Of a stretch of DNA of 64,000 nt, positions 1 through 15,754 are shown one piece after another (position 1 is the stretch's first letter; each line of letters starts with the position of its first letter). The stretch covers positions 25,234,001 to 25,298,000 of the forward strand of contig CM022671.1 of the NCBI GenBank assembly GCA_012295275.1. Direction: 5' to 3'. The position numbers were made by a program, and so were the translations under genes. The notes under the pieces were generated by a model. The model ran no database searches. It had not been told where the DNA came from and was given only the letters and a program-made list of their open reading frames with translations. This stretch comes from Chrysomallon squamiferum (lineage: Eukaryota; Animalia; Mollusca).

Positions 1-1064
1 TAGGACAGTGGTGTATGTAAATGTCTGTCTGTTTGGCTTTATTTCATTTCTGTGTGTTACACCTGTATATACACAAATATCTGTATTATATACAGACAAT
101 ACTTAAAATAAATCAAGTTTATTTTTAAAATACTTGAAATTAAAAAATTAGATAATATAAAGTTGTTTAGCTATATTAGTCTGTGGGGGTTTATTTGCCA
201 TGTTCAAACTGCAGTAAAATTACAGTTTTCTGTATTTAAACTTTATTGGTTATGATGACCAAAGTATTTGTTATTTAAAAAAGTAAATAAATAATAACTA
301 AATAAAGCAAAAAAAAATAAATAAACAAAATTTGACACAAAAATACATTAAATGTTTAAAACAATAAATAAATAAAAAACACATCAAACTGTATCTTTCA
401 GATAAAAACATTTTTTATTTACAGGATTATATTTACCAGTCTTTGGACTCTATACTTATGTCATTACTTTACACTGCATAACAGAATGTGTTGTTTTGTT
501 TTGTTTGTTTGTTCTAAAATTCATTTACAACTGAATAATCTGTCACAGAAATTTTTGAATACATTTGGACAAGAGCCAGAGGTTTTATCTTTTTATCCTT
601 GATGAATGTTTAACAACACATCAGTTCATTCATATTAAAGTTTTATTTAAAAACAAATAATAATAAAAGTAAAATTCTGACACACAGATAAAGTTTAATG
701 GTTTTACACAAAAATACATTTAATGTTTAAAACAATAAATAAATAAAACGAGAGCAGAATTCCACTACTACAAAACTGTTGGCTGTTCTTTTCTGTTAGT
801 TTCAGAGGACCTTTTATGGTTATATTTGCCTGTACAGTAAAACACATACCGCAGATCTTCACAGAGATATAAGCCCACAAAAAACCAGTGATGAATGATT
901 GAATGGATGTTTAACACACACACACACACACACACAAATGTCACACCACTCAAACAAAACATTTTCATACTGATGAGTACAAGTACCTCCCACATTTTGT
1001 ACAATTATATTAAATGAAAAGAAAATTGTTCTCATTGCTTGAATGACTTACTGAAAATAAATTT

Positions 1065-1105
<41 letters not shown>

Positions 1106-1291
1106 GTAAATAAATAAATAAATATTGTAAAAAACAACAAAAAATCAAAACCTCAACCTCAGAAAAAGAAAAAATAATTAATAATAATAATAATTTCATA
1201 TTGCCTGATTAAGTGATGTGGGAAGTAAATATTTAAAAAATGTCTTGTGTATGTTAATGTGAGTACAGAGGTTTAAGGTAGAGAATTAACA

Positions 1292-1645
1292 TTTATTTTA
1301 TTTTATTTTATTTTATTTTATTTTATTTTATTTTATTTTATTTTATTTTATTTTATTTTATTTTATTTTTATTTTATTTTATTTTTTTTTATTTTTTTTT
1401 TTTATTTTTTTTTTTTTTATTTATTTTATTTTATTTTATTTTATTTTATTTTATTTTTATTTTTATTTTTATTTTTTATCTTTATTTTAATTTATTTTAT
1501 TTTATTTTATTTTATTTTATTTTATTTTATTTTAATTAAATTTTTATCTTTTTATTTAATTTTTTTAAATTTTTTAAATTTTATTTTTATTTTTATTATT
1601 TTTATTTTTATTTTAAGTTATTTATTTTTTTATTTTTTATTTTTT
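1292..1645. repeat. (TTTTA)n low-complexity tract
   Basis: Directly visible pentanucleotide run that degenerates into T-rich sequence. Confidence 0.9.
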
Positions 1646-2640
1646 AAATAATTGATTTGCAAAAGAAAAACGTTCATTCCTTATAAGGAAATACAATATC
1701 CGCAAAAAATGTATATGGGGTGATTTGTAGCAGGACAGGCCTTCCCTTACCCCACGAATCTGTATTTCCCTTTTAACATTTTAACTGTTCATTTGTTTAT
1801 TTATTTTAACCTTAGCCATGTCACACCGTGTGTTTACAAAAGACCACGGTACACTAAAATAGCCACAGAGGTACAGTGTGTGGGTCTGACTGGGAGGTGA
1901 TGTGTCACTGAACACGAAGCTGTCATCAGAAACATGTTGTTTACAACGAGTAACTGGGTTCACTTTTTTCCATTTGCCTGTTACATTATTTCAAACCTGG
2001 CAGCTAGAATAATGCATGAACTTTGCCAACATCAAACTTCGCACTGTGGTGTATTTGTTAAATTGGCTTAATGTGGTGCTTTTTTTTTAGATTACTATTT
2101 ATTGCGGTACTCTAAAAATTTATTTATCAGAAATATAATGAAGAACTAGAAAGTCTAAGATTATTGGTGATGAAGAATTGGAGAGAAATGCAAGCACAAA
2201 CAAATACACACTCAGACAGACATCAAGCTGACAGTGATATATATCACATACTTTACCTTTTCAGTCACAGTGATTTATCATTGATCTCTGTACAGAAGGT
2301 TCCCTACTTTATTGAACCAGTCTGGGTTTTTATTTTAGCTTCATACTTACGTCACACCTACATAGTCAGACATCAGAAATAATTTTTATAATGAGATATA
2401 TATCAGGAAAAAAAAATGAAAAAGAATCTGATCTGTAATGTAAAGTTTATATTTGGAGATATATTGAAACAGGCTAAATACTGATTGTAATCTTCAAAAC
2501 TTAGGATTGTTTGTTTCTGCAGATGACCTCTTGCTGAAAATAAAGTCTGACAATAATAACTATGTTGTGATGATATAACATCCTTTTAACATATCATTTC
2601 AAATGTAGTTATTCACAGACAACCTCCCATGCACACACTT

Positions 2641-2674
<34 letters not shown>

Positions 2675-2820
2675 ACTCTCTTTCACACACACACACACAA
2701 ATGTCATAACAGCTAAACAACACAAAAATAACATCTATACAAAATAAATACAACACAACACACATGTACAAACACTTACAGTCTGACATAAACATACCCA
2801 GACAAACATGTACAACATGT

Positions 2821-2861
<41 letters not shown>

Positions 2862-3091
2862 TACAGATATGTATCATGTACATATACTTCTTGTGTGGTA
2901 GCCTGCAGTAGAATCAGACAGACAGACATATGCACATACCGACACACTCACACACATACATTCACATTCAGTTACACAACATGCATGAAGAATAACCTAA
3001 TTCATAATACAATATAAACACACAATACAAAAGCAAGTATGTATGAATATGCCAGTATTTCTTGTACACACAAAAGCAGTGGTAGCAGCAT

Positions 3092-3136
<45 letters not shown>

Positions 3137-3273
3137 GACAGACACAGATACGCATACATATGTATGCATTGATAAAAAAAAAAAATTATGTCATATACAT
3201 AATACACTTATGGTAATGGCACCAGCTACACACACACACACTCACACACACTCTCACACATACACATGCACAT

Positions 3274-3329
<56 letters not shown>

Positions 3330-3452
3330 ATGTGTTTGTTAAACATAGACAATGTGTTGTTTTTCTTTCCACAGGCCTCCCTCTCTCTCTGTGTTTGGTC
3401 TGTGATTAACCTTGTGACATCCAGGTACACAGGTAACTGTTGCTCAGCAAAG

Positions 3453-3929
3453 ATGGACACATCAAGCGATCCCAGGACTGAGCAAACAGACGACATGTCC
3501 TTCTTTGACGATGTTGAGTTCAAGCTGGTTGATGTGCCCACCACCACGTCAGCTGACTTGGGAGGCCAAGATGAAGTGAAGGCCGATGTGGATGATGGTG
3601 GCAGAAATGCGCTGGATGATGACCTGTTTGATTTCTTTTCTCCGACATTAATGGTATGTGAATACTGGTTTTAGGATTTATTTGTTGTTTATCTTTAAAT
3701 TATTATTACTGTTATTGTTAGAAGTAGAAGCTATTTATTTATTTTTTATTTTTTTAAACTTTTATTATTATTATTATTTTATTATTTTTATTATTATTAT
3801 ATTATTATTTTTATTATTATTAATATTATTTATTATTATTATATATTTTTTATTTAATTTATTATTATCATTATCGTTATTACTATTTATTTATATTATT
3901 ATTAGTAGTAGTAGTTTATTATTTTTATT

Positions 3930-3986
<57 letters not shown>

Positions 3987-5205
3987 CTCATTAAATCATA
4001 AACTACTTAGAAATTATTTTTGATTGGGCTAAAGGTATTAGACAGTTCGGTAACAGTGCATACATTCCTTAAACCCTTGAAGGGTACAGTCTTACAGGCT
4101 GTACAGAGACTTTCAAAGAAGCTTAAAGAAACAATGTAGAACAATCTGCTTAGTTCTGAGCAGACTTGCAGTTTCTTGTTCTACTTAGATATGCTTGTGT
4201 AACTATGTAATACATTCAGCTCTCTTTGGAGTTGTGGGTGTAGGTAAAACTCTCTCTGAATTCCTTGTGAAAAAAAGGTAAATACTTTTGTATATTGCTG
4301 ACTGTTGTGTAATAATAATAATAATAATATTGTGATAATATTGTGTTAATAAAAACTTATTTAGTGAGGTACTTTAATCTGAAATTTAACTTTTTCAGAG
4401 GAACTGATAGTTTTATTTATTTTAATAATTCTTTTTAGCTTTTGCTACTGTTACTAATATTATGCTACTTCTATTACTACTAGTACAACTACTACTCTTA
4501 CTACAACTACCAGGACCAATATCAACATCACTAAATACCACTTTTACAGTATTTTTACAATATTTCCACTATTGTTGCTACTACTACTGCTACTACTTTT
4601 GTTATATCTGCTATTACTATTACATTATTTTTACTATTATTACGCTTACACTATTTTTACTGCTACTGTTAATACCATTACTGCTGTTATAGATACTACC
4701 ACTAAGAATACTACGACTACAACTACTACTGCTTCTACTGTTTACTATTACTACTACTACTACTACAGACACATACAAACACAGATACACACACACACAC
4801 ACACACACAAATATATACACATGCAAATATGTACACATGCAAATATATGCACACACAAAACTTACCTCACAAATATAATCATCTATTACATGTTCAGCCT
4901 ACACCTGTAACAAATGAAAGACAAAAGCTTCATCCAGACCTCCTGATAGACATTGGGGAGTCAGACACAGACAATCTGTGTGAGGAGGAGAAAAAACCTG
5001 TAGAAGACTCAGACAAGACTGAGTCTATGGAACATGAGGTAAGACTTTAAAACTTCATTGAGAACATCACTGGATTCTCTTACACAGTCTTTTAGTGTAT
5101 CTGAACATTTTATATATATATATATACACATATATATATTTGAGAATAAAAGAAGAATGCAGTTCTTGTGAACTAGCTAAATAGATTACATTTATATATA
5201 GAGAG

Positions 5206-5298
<93 letters not shown>

Positions 5299-5482
5299 TG
5301 TATCATATAGATTTTACTGGTTTTACTGGCTTCATAGCTGGACTATTACAAAAGAGCTTTAAGAATATCTGTTTCTTGATATATATATTTATATATAAAA
5401 TATTATTAATCAAACAGAAAAAGTAAATAGCCTTTACAGAGTTGTGAAAAAATAAATAACAGCAATCTTTAAAATATATTTT

Positions 5483-5513
<31 letters not shown>

Positions 5514-6303
5514 TACCAACAAACTTACCTTAAATTGTGAATTAAATTTTATTATGACAAGATTGAAGAATCATGGATGTTCCTGGATGCACCCACTGAT
5601 GATAACGATGACATGAACGATGACATGCTCTTTGGCAGTGATCTTGTAGAAAGAAAGTCATCGTGTGGGCAGCAGCAGGTGCCCGACATCATTGCCGATG
5701 ACGTGGCGGGTGGAGCACCTGATCTGATCCATTCCCACGAAAGCAGGATGGACGAAGTGGAGGATGATGTTGTTGATGTCTTTGACAGTGCTGAAGACGT
5801 CGATGGAAACGTCAACAACAACGCCTGGCCTTTCAGAAAGCAGCATGATTCTTCCCAGTCGTCAGAGCACAGTGCTGTGAGTTTTACACTTGTAGATTTG
5901 ATATCCTGCTGGATGAAGTTTTATCATGGTAACATTCACATACTAACAGTTAAGAGTTCACGCATGATACATGACAGATCATTAGATCAGTTTTTGATTT
6001 CCCTTGTTTATGTCATTATTATGCTCATGTGAATGTCTGACTTTCTGGTCTGTCTGGTCTGTCATTACATCCAGCAGCCCAAGATCAGCTATTGGATATA
6101 AAGATATAGAGACAGTAGCTGGGGGTGTTGTTAAATATTGATTCAGTCGGTCTATCTTTATAAATATTTGACAAACAATAATTTTTCTTATAACTATATG
6201 TTAGTCAGTTGTTTGTTCATTTATTCATTCATACATTCCTTGGAAAATGCTTTAAATATACTAATACCAGTCTTGGAACTGAGAATAATTTGTTGTTGGT
6301 ATT

Positions 6304-6344
<41 letters not shown>

Positions 6345-6801
6345 TTTATTTAATTTTTCAGCCAGAAGGTGGCCACAGCAGTGGAGACACTGAAGATCAG
6401 ATGGACTTCTCAGTTATTCAGGTACTTCAAAACTTCAGTGCTCAGACATATTTCTTCTAACATACTGCTAACTCAGTTCTTGTCTGTAAGACAGATAAAC
6501 CAGGTTCCTGGACAGTTAGTTCTCTACCTGTGCCTTCTCATCTTTGGACCTCTGTTTGATTAATCCTGTACACATGTCTTCTTGTTTTATTGGTCCTGGT
6601 AAAAATATCTTTATTTCATCTTTTCAGGACACTAATCGACTTGATGTTAAAGCTGTGAAGCAAAAATCCTTGTTACGGAAAAAAGGTTCACTTGCTCTGA
6701 GAAAGAAGCCGACAAGATCAAGTATGAAACGCTGCCTGTCTGACTCAGAGTCACAGCGTTTCATAGATTCCACAGGTGATACATATACTCTGACCATTAT
6801 A

Positions 6802-6834
<33 letters not shown>

Positions 6835-9670
6835 TGTTTAGATTTCTACAAAATGAAAGAGAATAAATTTAAAAAAAAAAAAAAAAATAAAATAAAACTA
6901 TCCCTGATATAAAAAGTAAAAAAAAACCTTCTTAATGAATTGAAAGGATATTTAATTATGAATGAGTCGTGTGAATTATATATTTAAAAGTAAATTAAGT
7001 TAGTTCATTTTTATAAAAAAAAAATAATAATAAATTCTAATGATATGTAAAAATAATTAAGGTAATATTTAATATTGATCTGGACAATGAAGTATCAGAG
7101 TTATTTTGGATAAATTATTTATATTTTCTAAACTGCTTTTAGAACCCAAACTATCTGTTACCAATGGAATTGATGAAGATGAAGTTGATGAACCGTACAG
7201 GAAATCAAACACACAACCAGAATCAAGAATCTCGGTTCAAGGCAGTAAACCGAAAATGGCCATGGGTGCATTTGCTCCAAATCTGAGCCAGATAAATAAT
7301 TCAAAGGTTTGTTTTTTACGTATGTATGTATGTGTGTGTGTGTGTATGTATGTATGTACATGAATATCTGTATAAATAAGTATGTGTATGTTTGTGTGTG
7401 TACCCACATACATACTCATACAGATATTCATATTCATATATGTATACAAATAAAATTTAACATATACAATAATAGAAATATTATCTGTGATTATACAACA
7501 TTAGTAATTGTTGTGTAAATTAAAAAAAAAAGAAACATTTTCATTACATCAGTCCTGTTGTTTAGCCGTTGTTAAATTTATTATTTCCATGTATTGTTTT
7601 TTACAAAGTGTTCACAGTTTCAAAACAGCCAGTTTCTCCTAATAAAGCAAGTCAAATGTTTCAGTGCAAAGAATAACAAACATAACAATGCAGATTTAAG
7701 TGTGACAACTCAAGCATATTTGAAACAATCATTGTTTTCTTTAAACTGTAATGAAATTAATTTCATCTTCAAACTTGTTTCATACACCTTGATAGGGAAT
7801 CATGTACTTTTTCTGAATCCTGGAGTAATACATGAAGCATTTGTATGTAATATTTATTTAAACTTTTAACTACTGACGTTTTGTGTTAATTCCTTTTTTT
7901 TTTTTATTATTATTTTTTTTTTTTCTCACCTATCCAACATTTTAAATTTCAGGTATTTGCTGGAGCCCACAAAAAGGCTTTAAACAATTCCAGTTTCAAA
8001 AAGGATAACAGAAGTAACAGTTTTGACAGATCTCTTAATAACAGCATAGAGAAGAAAGAAGCTGAACCAGCAGTGAAACTGAAACCTATTGCTGCTACAG
8101 CACCTAGCGACATCAATACTTCAGCAAGTTCCTCTAAACCTAAACTAATTTTTGAATCCCAAAGTAACAGTAACGAAAACATTTTTCCAAAATTAAAACC
8201 AATTCTTGTGAAGCCAAAACCTGTGGAAACTTCAGAAGTCTACACAAAGCCAAAAATACGGCCAAGAACTTTGTCAAAAAGACATTCAAAGGATCCAAAA
8301 GACACTCAGGATGTGGCTAATGCAGACAGGTCTGTTTGCAGCGAGGCATCTCTGGATGCACAGTTCGATGAACTCATTGCAAGAATTGAACAGTCTGATA
8401 TTACCACTGCTGTTACAAAAACGGTGGAGAGAAACGAAAAGAGCAACGCACAAACTGACACAATCACCTCTCCTGCTGTTTCAAGAAGTAGTAATAAATA
8501 CCCAAAGAGTTCTTCAGTTTCAGAACCGGGCAGTGCAAACTTCGACTTTGCTCCTTCTTCAGCGGAGCAGAGAGGAACAGGAGGAGATCAGCAGGTCAAA
8601 CCCTCAACTCAGCCGCTGTGGGCAAAGAGGAAACTGAAGTGTACGGAAGACCAGAGCAAGAAGGTGACGCAGCAGGAGCAGGAGCAGGGTCCAGTCTGGT
8701 TGAAAGCAGCGCAGGAGAAAAAACAGCGAGCAGCAGAGATTATTATAGTTCGAGGTTTGTTCTTTCACATTCTCAGGACGTTTCTATAAATGGGTGTAGT
8801 CTCTGCCTGTGTGGTTAAAGCATTGGCTTGAAGTGTGACAGTTTACATTTTACAATATTACACACACACAGCATCCAGCTAAATTTATGTGATTTATGAT
8901 CAGTTATCTTCCAGAGGTGTTTTTGTCAGTGTAAACTCTGAATTAAATTCTGTTTTTGTGATGACTAGCAAGTGGTATTTCAAATCAACATGATTTACAA
9001 ACAAAATTTTAAAAAATAAATAAAAATAATAAATTTTTAAATAAATGTAATAATTTTTACATTTGTTTAAAGAATGTTTAAATAATATAAAAGTAATGTT
9101 AATTAAATTGTTTTAGAACATAAAAAGTTTTTTTTTTATTTTATTTTTTTATCTCATATTATATCAGCATGTCACTCTAAAATTTCATAATAATATTTAT
9201 TCTGAAATTATTTATATTAAACATACAGTTATAAAAATAGCCAAGGAATGTCAGTGGTCAGATAATGCAGTAAACTGCCAGAAATTTCCAGTTCATGCAT
9301 CCCACTAATACCAGCATTGTATCCATTCTCTATCAGAACAGCGAAACCAGGAGAACAGTGCAAAAACCGAGGAAGACGAAGAAAAGAAGACTTCTCCCTG
9401 GCTAGGAGAACGTCAGCTGAGGAAAACAGCCAGACCCAAGCCTCTGACAGAAAACCTCAACAACAACATCACAGTGACGCAGCCATACAGCAATGTCTCT
9501 AACAACAACGTGGAAAACATCGTGCCAACATCCAATGGAGCTGCCCACAGACTGACTCCACAGAGATCACCTGTCAGAAAGGAGGAGAGTTCTTCTCCGA
9601 TGAATGCAGGTAAGAATTTGATTGTTTTTAATATAAGTAAATTAATTTATAGAGCTTCTGATCTCTGAGA

Positions 9671-9702
<32 letters not shown>

Positions 9703-11874
9703 CAGTTAATTTAAATACTTAATTAAGAACTTCTACAATTGTGAAATGTATTTTAATGAATAATCGTAATACTTAAATACATCTAGGTTATTAAACCTGT
9801 GATGAAAATAATGTGAAAAAACTATATACAACAAGAAGCCCTCTTTGAAAATTATTCTGATGGTTATTTTTCAGCTGTCATTTATAAATTCAGCTGTGTT
9901 TATAAATACAACAAAACTGATGTCTTTGACGGTTTAAAATTAATTATATCTAATGTCACAACACCATAAAAATACATAAACCTCCATAGACATATTAAAA
10001 GAAATAATATCTACAGAGTCCTGACTAAAATATATAAGTGTTTATAATACAAAATGGTTAAAAGTGTCAAGACCAGACATTCTTAACCGAATTGTGTGAG
10101 CCATGCTTTGCTAATGGATGACCTGATTACACGCACATCACAACAAATACAGCTAGATGATCTGGTTATCTCGCTAGTGACGTTCTCAAACCGATGTTAT
10201 CATCATCGTAACTGTGTTAATTACAGGCAAGAACGAGTATGCTCCCAGCTGGATTCGAGGAAGCAAGCTGAAGTCTGCCTCGACACCAAACTTACTGCTC
10301 ATGAAAGTGTCTGTGGATCACAGACCAGCTGTGCCTTGTCTCACTGGCGAGATTCCACAGTGGAAGAAAGACCTCGTCAACAGAAAGAAAACAAGACGAG
10401 AGTCTGACGTTCAGGTTTGTCTTTATTTAACAAATAGAGTAAGAATCCAGTGTTCAGACTGTTAAGGTTAATTATATGTAAGTAAATTTGTTGTGTGTCT
10501 TGTAGCTTGTGTGTATATATATATATATATATATCATAGGGTTATATAATTTTGAAACAATGACTGAGTGTGTGTAAGACATTTTTTTTTTTTTTAAGTA
10601 GCAACATCCTGCTATGTGTATGTATGTATGAAGAGTATATGTGTGTGTGTGTTGTATTGTGTTGTAATGATATAAATAAATATTTACAGTTGTTAAAATG
10701 TAACAGTAATTGAGAATATTTGAATTTCTTTAATTTTTTTTACACATTTTACTGTATAATTATAAATAATTTGTTAATTTAATTAATAAAAAGATAAACT
10801 GAAACTAATTTTACATCAGCATCATAGAAAGTCTAATTAAGATTAATATTTAATTACAGAATGGTGCTAACAAAGACAGCTCACAAGATCAGAGTCCTGG
10901 TATGATATGGAAATTACAACAGAAGAAAAAGAGACCTTCAGTCACTGTTAAAGGTACAAAGTGTATTAACTATTTCTGATAACTGTGAAATTCTGTTTGT
11001 TTTCAAGACCCTGACGTTTGTTGTTAAAATAATGATTGTCACTACTTTGAAAATTGTTATACTTTTATTGTTGTTTTCAAATTGTTTACTGGGCATATCA
11101 GCCAAATGACTTACTCCATTTTTTGTTTTCTTCATTTTCTTTTATTTTTTATTATTTTTAGTTTTATCTTTATTTTATTAAAAATTATAATAATTCATTA
11201 TTTTTATGCTTTGGTGTGTAACTAGTTCTGATTACTGATCTGATATCTCATATTACATTTATAGCTGAATTTACATTTACTGGATACAAAAACTTAATTT
11301 TACTAACAGAAGCAATTTGTTTATTTTTTTTTGCTGCATGTTAGGTATAAAATGACAGTATGCTGGTCTGATTGTATAAATAACTGGCCAGAAACATTTG
11401 ACTATCATAACCTAGAAATCTGTTCTAATCAGAAAAATTTGCATCTGTTTTTTTTTTTTTTTTTTTTTTTAAATACATTATATACAAGATTTTTTAAATA
11501 CATCATATTCAAGATTTTTTAAATACAATTTTTTTTATATATATATATACTTTACATATTATAAACTGTTTCGGAATATGATCTCAGCAGTAAACCATCT
11601 AAGAAACTGAAAAAAGAAACAACAAAAATTGTATAGCACAATATATTATAACTGTTTTCTTTAATAATTTCAGTAGAAATTGAAAAAAATGTGCCCAAGG
11701 AGCCAGAATGGAAGCGAACAGCAGAAGAAAAACGAACAAGATTTTTAAGTAAGATAAAACAAATAAACATGCAAGTTTAAAAACATTTAAAAATTTATTT
11801 TTCCATTTCAAAAGCCCACAATACATATGAAATTATTCTTGAAAAAAAAAAGACAGAGTTGAAAATTATTTGTT

Positions 11875-11910
<36 letters not shown>

Positions 11911-11988
11911 TCAGTAAATTTGAATATTTTTTGATAATCTTCACTGATACAGTTTAAAAAATTCGTTTTAAATTTTAACATCATCAGA

Positions 11989-12023
<35 letters not shown>

Positions 12024-12093
12024 CATAATGATATTTCTGAATAACTGTTCTTTTTTCATTGTTTCAGAATCAGGAATGATTGAACACAAATGA
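3453..12093 (+). CDS. TNKS1BP1/KIAA1671-like, largely disordered protein (~828 aa), 12 coding exons
   Basis: Exons 3453-3653, 4898-5038, 5562-5876, 6362-6421, 6628-6775, 7143-7306, 7953-8754, 9337-9609, 10227-10414, 10860-10953, 11674-11748 and 12068-12093 all have GT-AG boundaries and compatible phases (2487 nt, open). The spliced segment DQMDFSVIQDTNRLDVKAVKQKSLLRKKGSLALRKKPTRSSMKRCLSDSESQRFIDSTEPK resembles the tankyrase-binding-protein C-terminal domain of TNKS1BP1/KIAA1671 (DFSFI..T..LD..A...R..L.....R.P...F.DST). The exon beginning at 3375 is open upstream of the ATG, so the true start may lie further 5'. Confidence 0.75.
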
Positions 12094-15000
12094 GGTGCTG
12101 TATCTTGCAGTAACTAAAACAGCACTCAGCAAAGAAGAGATCTTCTTTGTGAATTGGCTGTCTTAATTGTGTATACAAAGTAATTATTCCTATAGGGAGA
12201 AGAAAAACAAAAACAGAACACCTAAAGCTCAATCCTGTGGATTCTTCAAATTCATCATTTGTTATTCAGTATATCATCAAGCATTAAGTGTCTGATCAAG
12301 TATACAAGGTCCTTGTTATTGGAGATTCTTGTTATTTGATCAGCTGTTTAATTTTGTTGGGATTTGATCAGATTTGAGTTCTTGGTGTTTGATCAAGAAT
12401 TTTGGGTTTGTTTTTCAATATTTGAGTTGCTTATTCCACAAAGGATCAAGTGTTTGAGTTGATTGGTGTTTGACAAAACACACAATTGTTGCTTGACCAA
12501 GCAGTTTAATTTTTATTTTTTTTTTTTTTTAAATTTTTGGGGGGCTTCTGTCTGAGAAGTATTTTATTTTCTTGCTGAGTATTTGATTGGGCTTCTGATG
12601 AAGAACTTGAAATTTTTGTTCACTATTTGATCAAGTATTTGAATTTCTTATTCAGCTTGTGATGAAGTATTTAAGTTTCTTATTCAGCTTGTGATTAACT
12701 ATTTCAGTTTCTTATTCAGTCTAGCATCAAGCATTCAGTATTAAAACTGACATTGTCATTGTATCAAATTTTTGAGTATTTATGCTCAAGCAAGATTGTT
12801 TCAAAAAAAGAAATTACTGTGGCAAAGATGTTTGCAACAGTTTAACTATTTATTATGTTGTGTTTATTATTCATTCACTTAAAACCAAATAAGACTAATT
12901 TTAATATCCATATTTTGATCTCATTTACCGTTTATGGTTTCACTTTGGTTTTTGTAAGATTGTGAAAGTATCCATCCAGTATTGTTACGTTCAGGCTTTT
13001 TATTTATTTCTCACTTTATTATTACTTTTCTTTTTAATTATAATTATAAGTATTAGTATTATTATTACAGCTGCTTTCAGTATTAAATGTATGTAATATC
13101 AATAGCTTTACTGATTTTAACAACTCTGTGCAGATTTTTAAGATGGCTCAGGTGTTTAAGTAATTTAGGGCATTTGCTCTGAACCAAAATAGATTGTATA
13201 TAAATACATCTTTCTTTATCCATCCATTTTTGATAACTTTTAAAATTAATTTTAAAACTTTTTTTTTTTTTCCCTAACTGAACAGAATATTAGATAGATG
13301 CAGAATATTATTCTGTACTTTCAGTTTTTGATATTGTCTTTATCTTAAATAAAAAATGTCCACAGGGACATTATAACACATATGACGAAGTTATTTCAAA
13401 ATTCAAACTCATGTCCCAATGACATGAAACTATTCAGCACTAATACAAAATTGTTCTCATGTAAAATAAAGTCTTTCAACTGTAATGCAGTTTATTGTGA
13501 AATAATATGAAGTTACTCAACAGTAATGCAATTTATTCTGAAGCAACATGCATTTTTTTTCACAGTTTTATGAAGTTATTCAACAGTGTCAAAAACGTGC
13601 CATGAAGTAAAACAAGTTATTCCAGATTAGCATGAAACTATTCCTGATAATATAATTCATTGTTTGCAGACTTTTATTCCATATATATATATATACATAC
13701 ATACTTTCCACTGTAATTAATAATAATGCAGATGTAAGTTGATTTCACATGAATTTTATTTCATCAGAACAGAAAATGTTCCTCGATTTCAATGAAACAA
13801 TTCCACAGCATTCTCCATCTTGTCATGCTGAATGAAGAGATTAACAAATGTCTCATTTTCAGTACTTCATCTTTTCATCCACTAATTTTACTTTTTACTT
13901 TAAATGATTGTTCCAATGTATGTTCATCCTGATATGGGTTGTGAAGACCAAACTGACAACTTTGTTGCAAAATTCCATTTTTGTTTTTAGTTTTTAAAAC
14001 ACAGTTTGATCTGTTTCTTGGATCAGACTAAATTAGTGATTCCAGTCTATTTTTCTAATTATTTTATTAAAAATAAGCATTTATTGGGTTTTCTTTTTTC
14101 TGCATGTCTTATATGGGACCAGTGTCTGAATATTTTATTTCTCTTTAATGTGCTCAGAGTTAATTTGTTGTGAAATATTTTACAAAGAAATATATTTTGT
14201 AACATCGACTTTAAAATATTGTCTTTAACTGTTGTACTTGTTCAGAACAGTAAACCACATAGACAAGTATGTTAATTAATCATTCATATACAGGGTTTAA
14301 ATATAGCAAAAAAAAGCAAAGGAGGTTCTCCAAAGTCCAAAGATTTGAATTAAGGGAGGTGATTCAACTTCATTTCTTTTTATTTCTTTTTTTTTTTTTT
14401 TTTTTTTTTTTTTTCTGTGAAATATTCAAAACTGTAGTTAAATGTTTTAATTAATGGAGGAAAGATCAGACATACTTTATCAGTGAAATTCCAAACATTC
14501 AGGTGTCATTTTTAAATATGGGTTGAAGACGATTAAGCGATGACATTTAAAAGGTGTGAACTGTTTCACATCACAAATACATCACTGAACTGATACAGGC
14601 TTAAATGGTAAACCTGAAGACACCTGTTAATTATCTTATTTTCGTATTCTGAAATTTGAAGTTAATATTTTTATTATTATTATTGTCATTAACTTGATTA
14701 TTATTATTATTATTATTATTATATTTTTCTGGTGCTTTACTACAATAGAATTAATTAGACGTTTGCTCAAAGTTTTGATGTTAGATGGTTAGTTACACTT
14801 TTCAAAACCACATGGGTGATTGATGTGTCAAAATATTTATAAACAATGAAAATTGTGTGTAAAAAAACTATATATTTATACATAATGTACATATTTTTTT
14901 TTTATTTTTTTTTTGAAGTTTTAGATTAAGCATTAAATGTTTTGATATGTACTTTGCAATGTATAGCAGTAAATAATTGTTTGGTTGTTTTTTTTTTTTT

Positions 15001-15139
15001 TTTTTTCTTCTAAGTGCATATTGCCTTACTTAGGTCACCCTGCTCATTATTGGAAGCTAGATGCTGTGTATGTGTAATATTGTAAAATGTAAATTGTGCC
15101 TTCAGAGTTTGTGATTTCCTATAATGCAGATGTACAAAG

Positions 15140-15545
15140 GCTTTATTTTAATATTAAATTCACATCTATATGCTTTTTAATATAGTTATTTTATTATTAT
15201 ATAGACAATGTAGATGCATTTAATATTATTTTAATACTAAATTCACCACATAAATGCTTTTAATATGATTATTTTGTTATAATATTCAGCATGTAATGCT
15301 TTTAATATTATTATTATTTTGATATTAAATTCACCATGTAAATGATTTTAATATTATTATTTTAATATTAAATTTGCCGTGTAAATGCTTTTAATATTAT
15401 TATTATTTTGATACTGAATTCACCATATAAATGATTTTAATATTATTATTTTAATATTAAATTCACACTGTAAATGTTTTTAATATTATTATTTTAATGC
15501 TGAATTCACCATGTAAATGATTTTAATACGTTTATTTTAATGTTA
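15140..15545. repeat. Degenerate ~38-41 bp AT-rich minisatellite
   Basis: The unit atattaaattcaccatgtaaatg(c/a)ttttaatattattatttta recurs about 9 times. Confidence 0.8.
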
Positions 15546-15754
15546 ACATCAGATTGTTAATGTTATTCAAGTCTCACATGTATTTTTACAGTATTTATTC
15601 ATAGGTCCTTGATACTGGTAGCAGAAAGTGTTAGTTTTTTTTATGATATATTTTTCTTTTACTCTCATTTTTCTTTACATGTAAATAATAATATACATAA
15701 TGCATTGGAATTCCCTTCATATAACTGACATAGTAGTTAGTGCAAATTGTAGAT

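Noticed and set aside
2649-5306. Poly-HT/CV/L/Y/SL ORFs (and similar ones at 43049-46209 and 54454-56643)
   Set aside because: These are translations of (CA)n, (TAT)n and (GA)n microsatellites; only the exon portions listed under features are supported.
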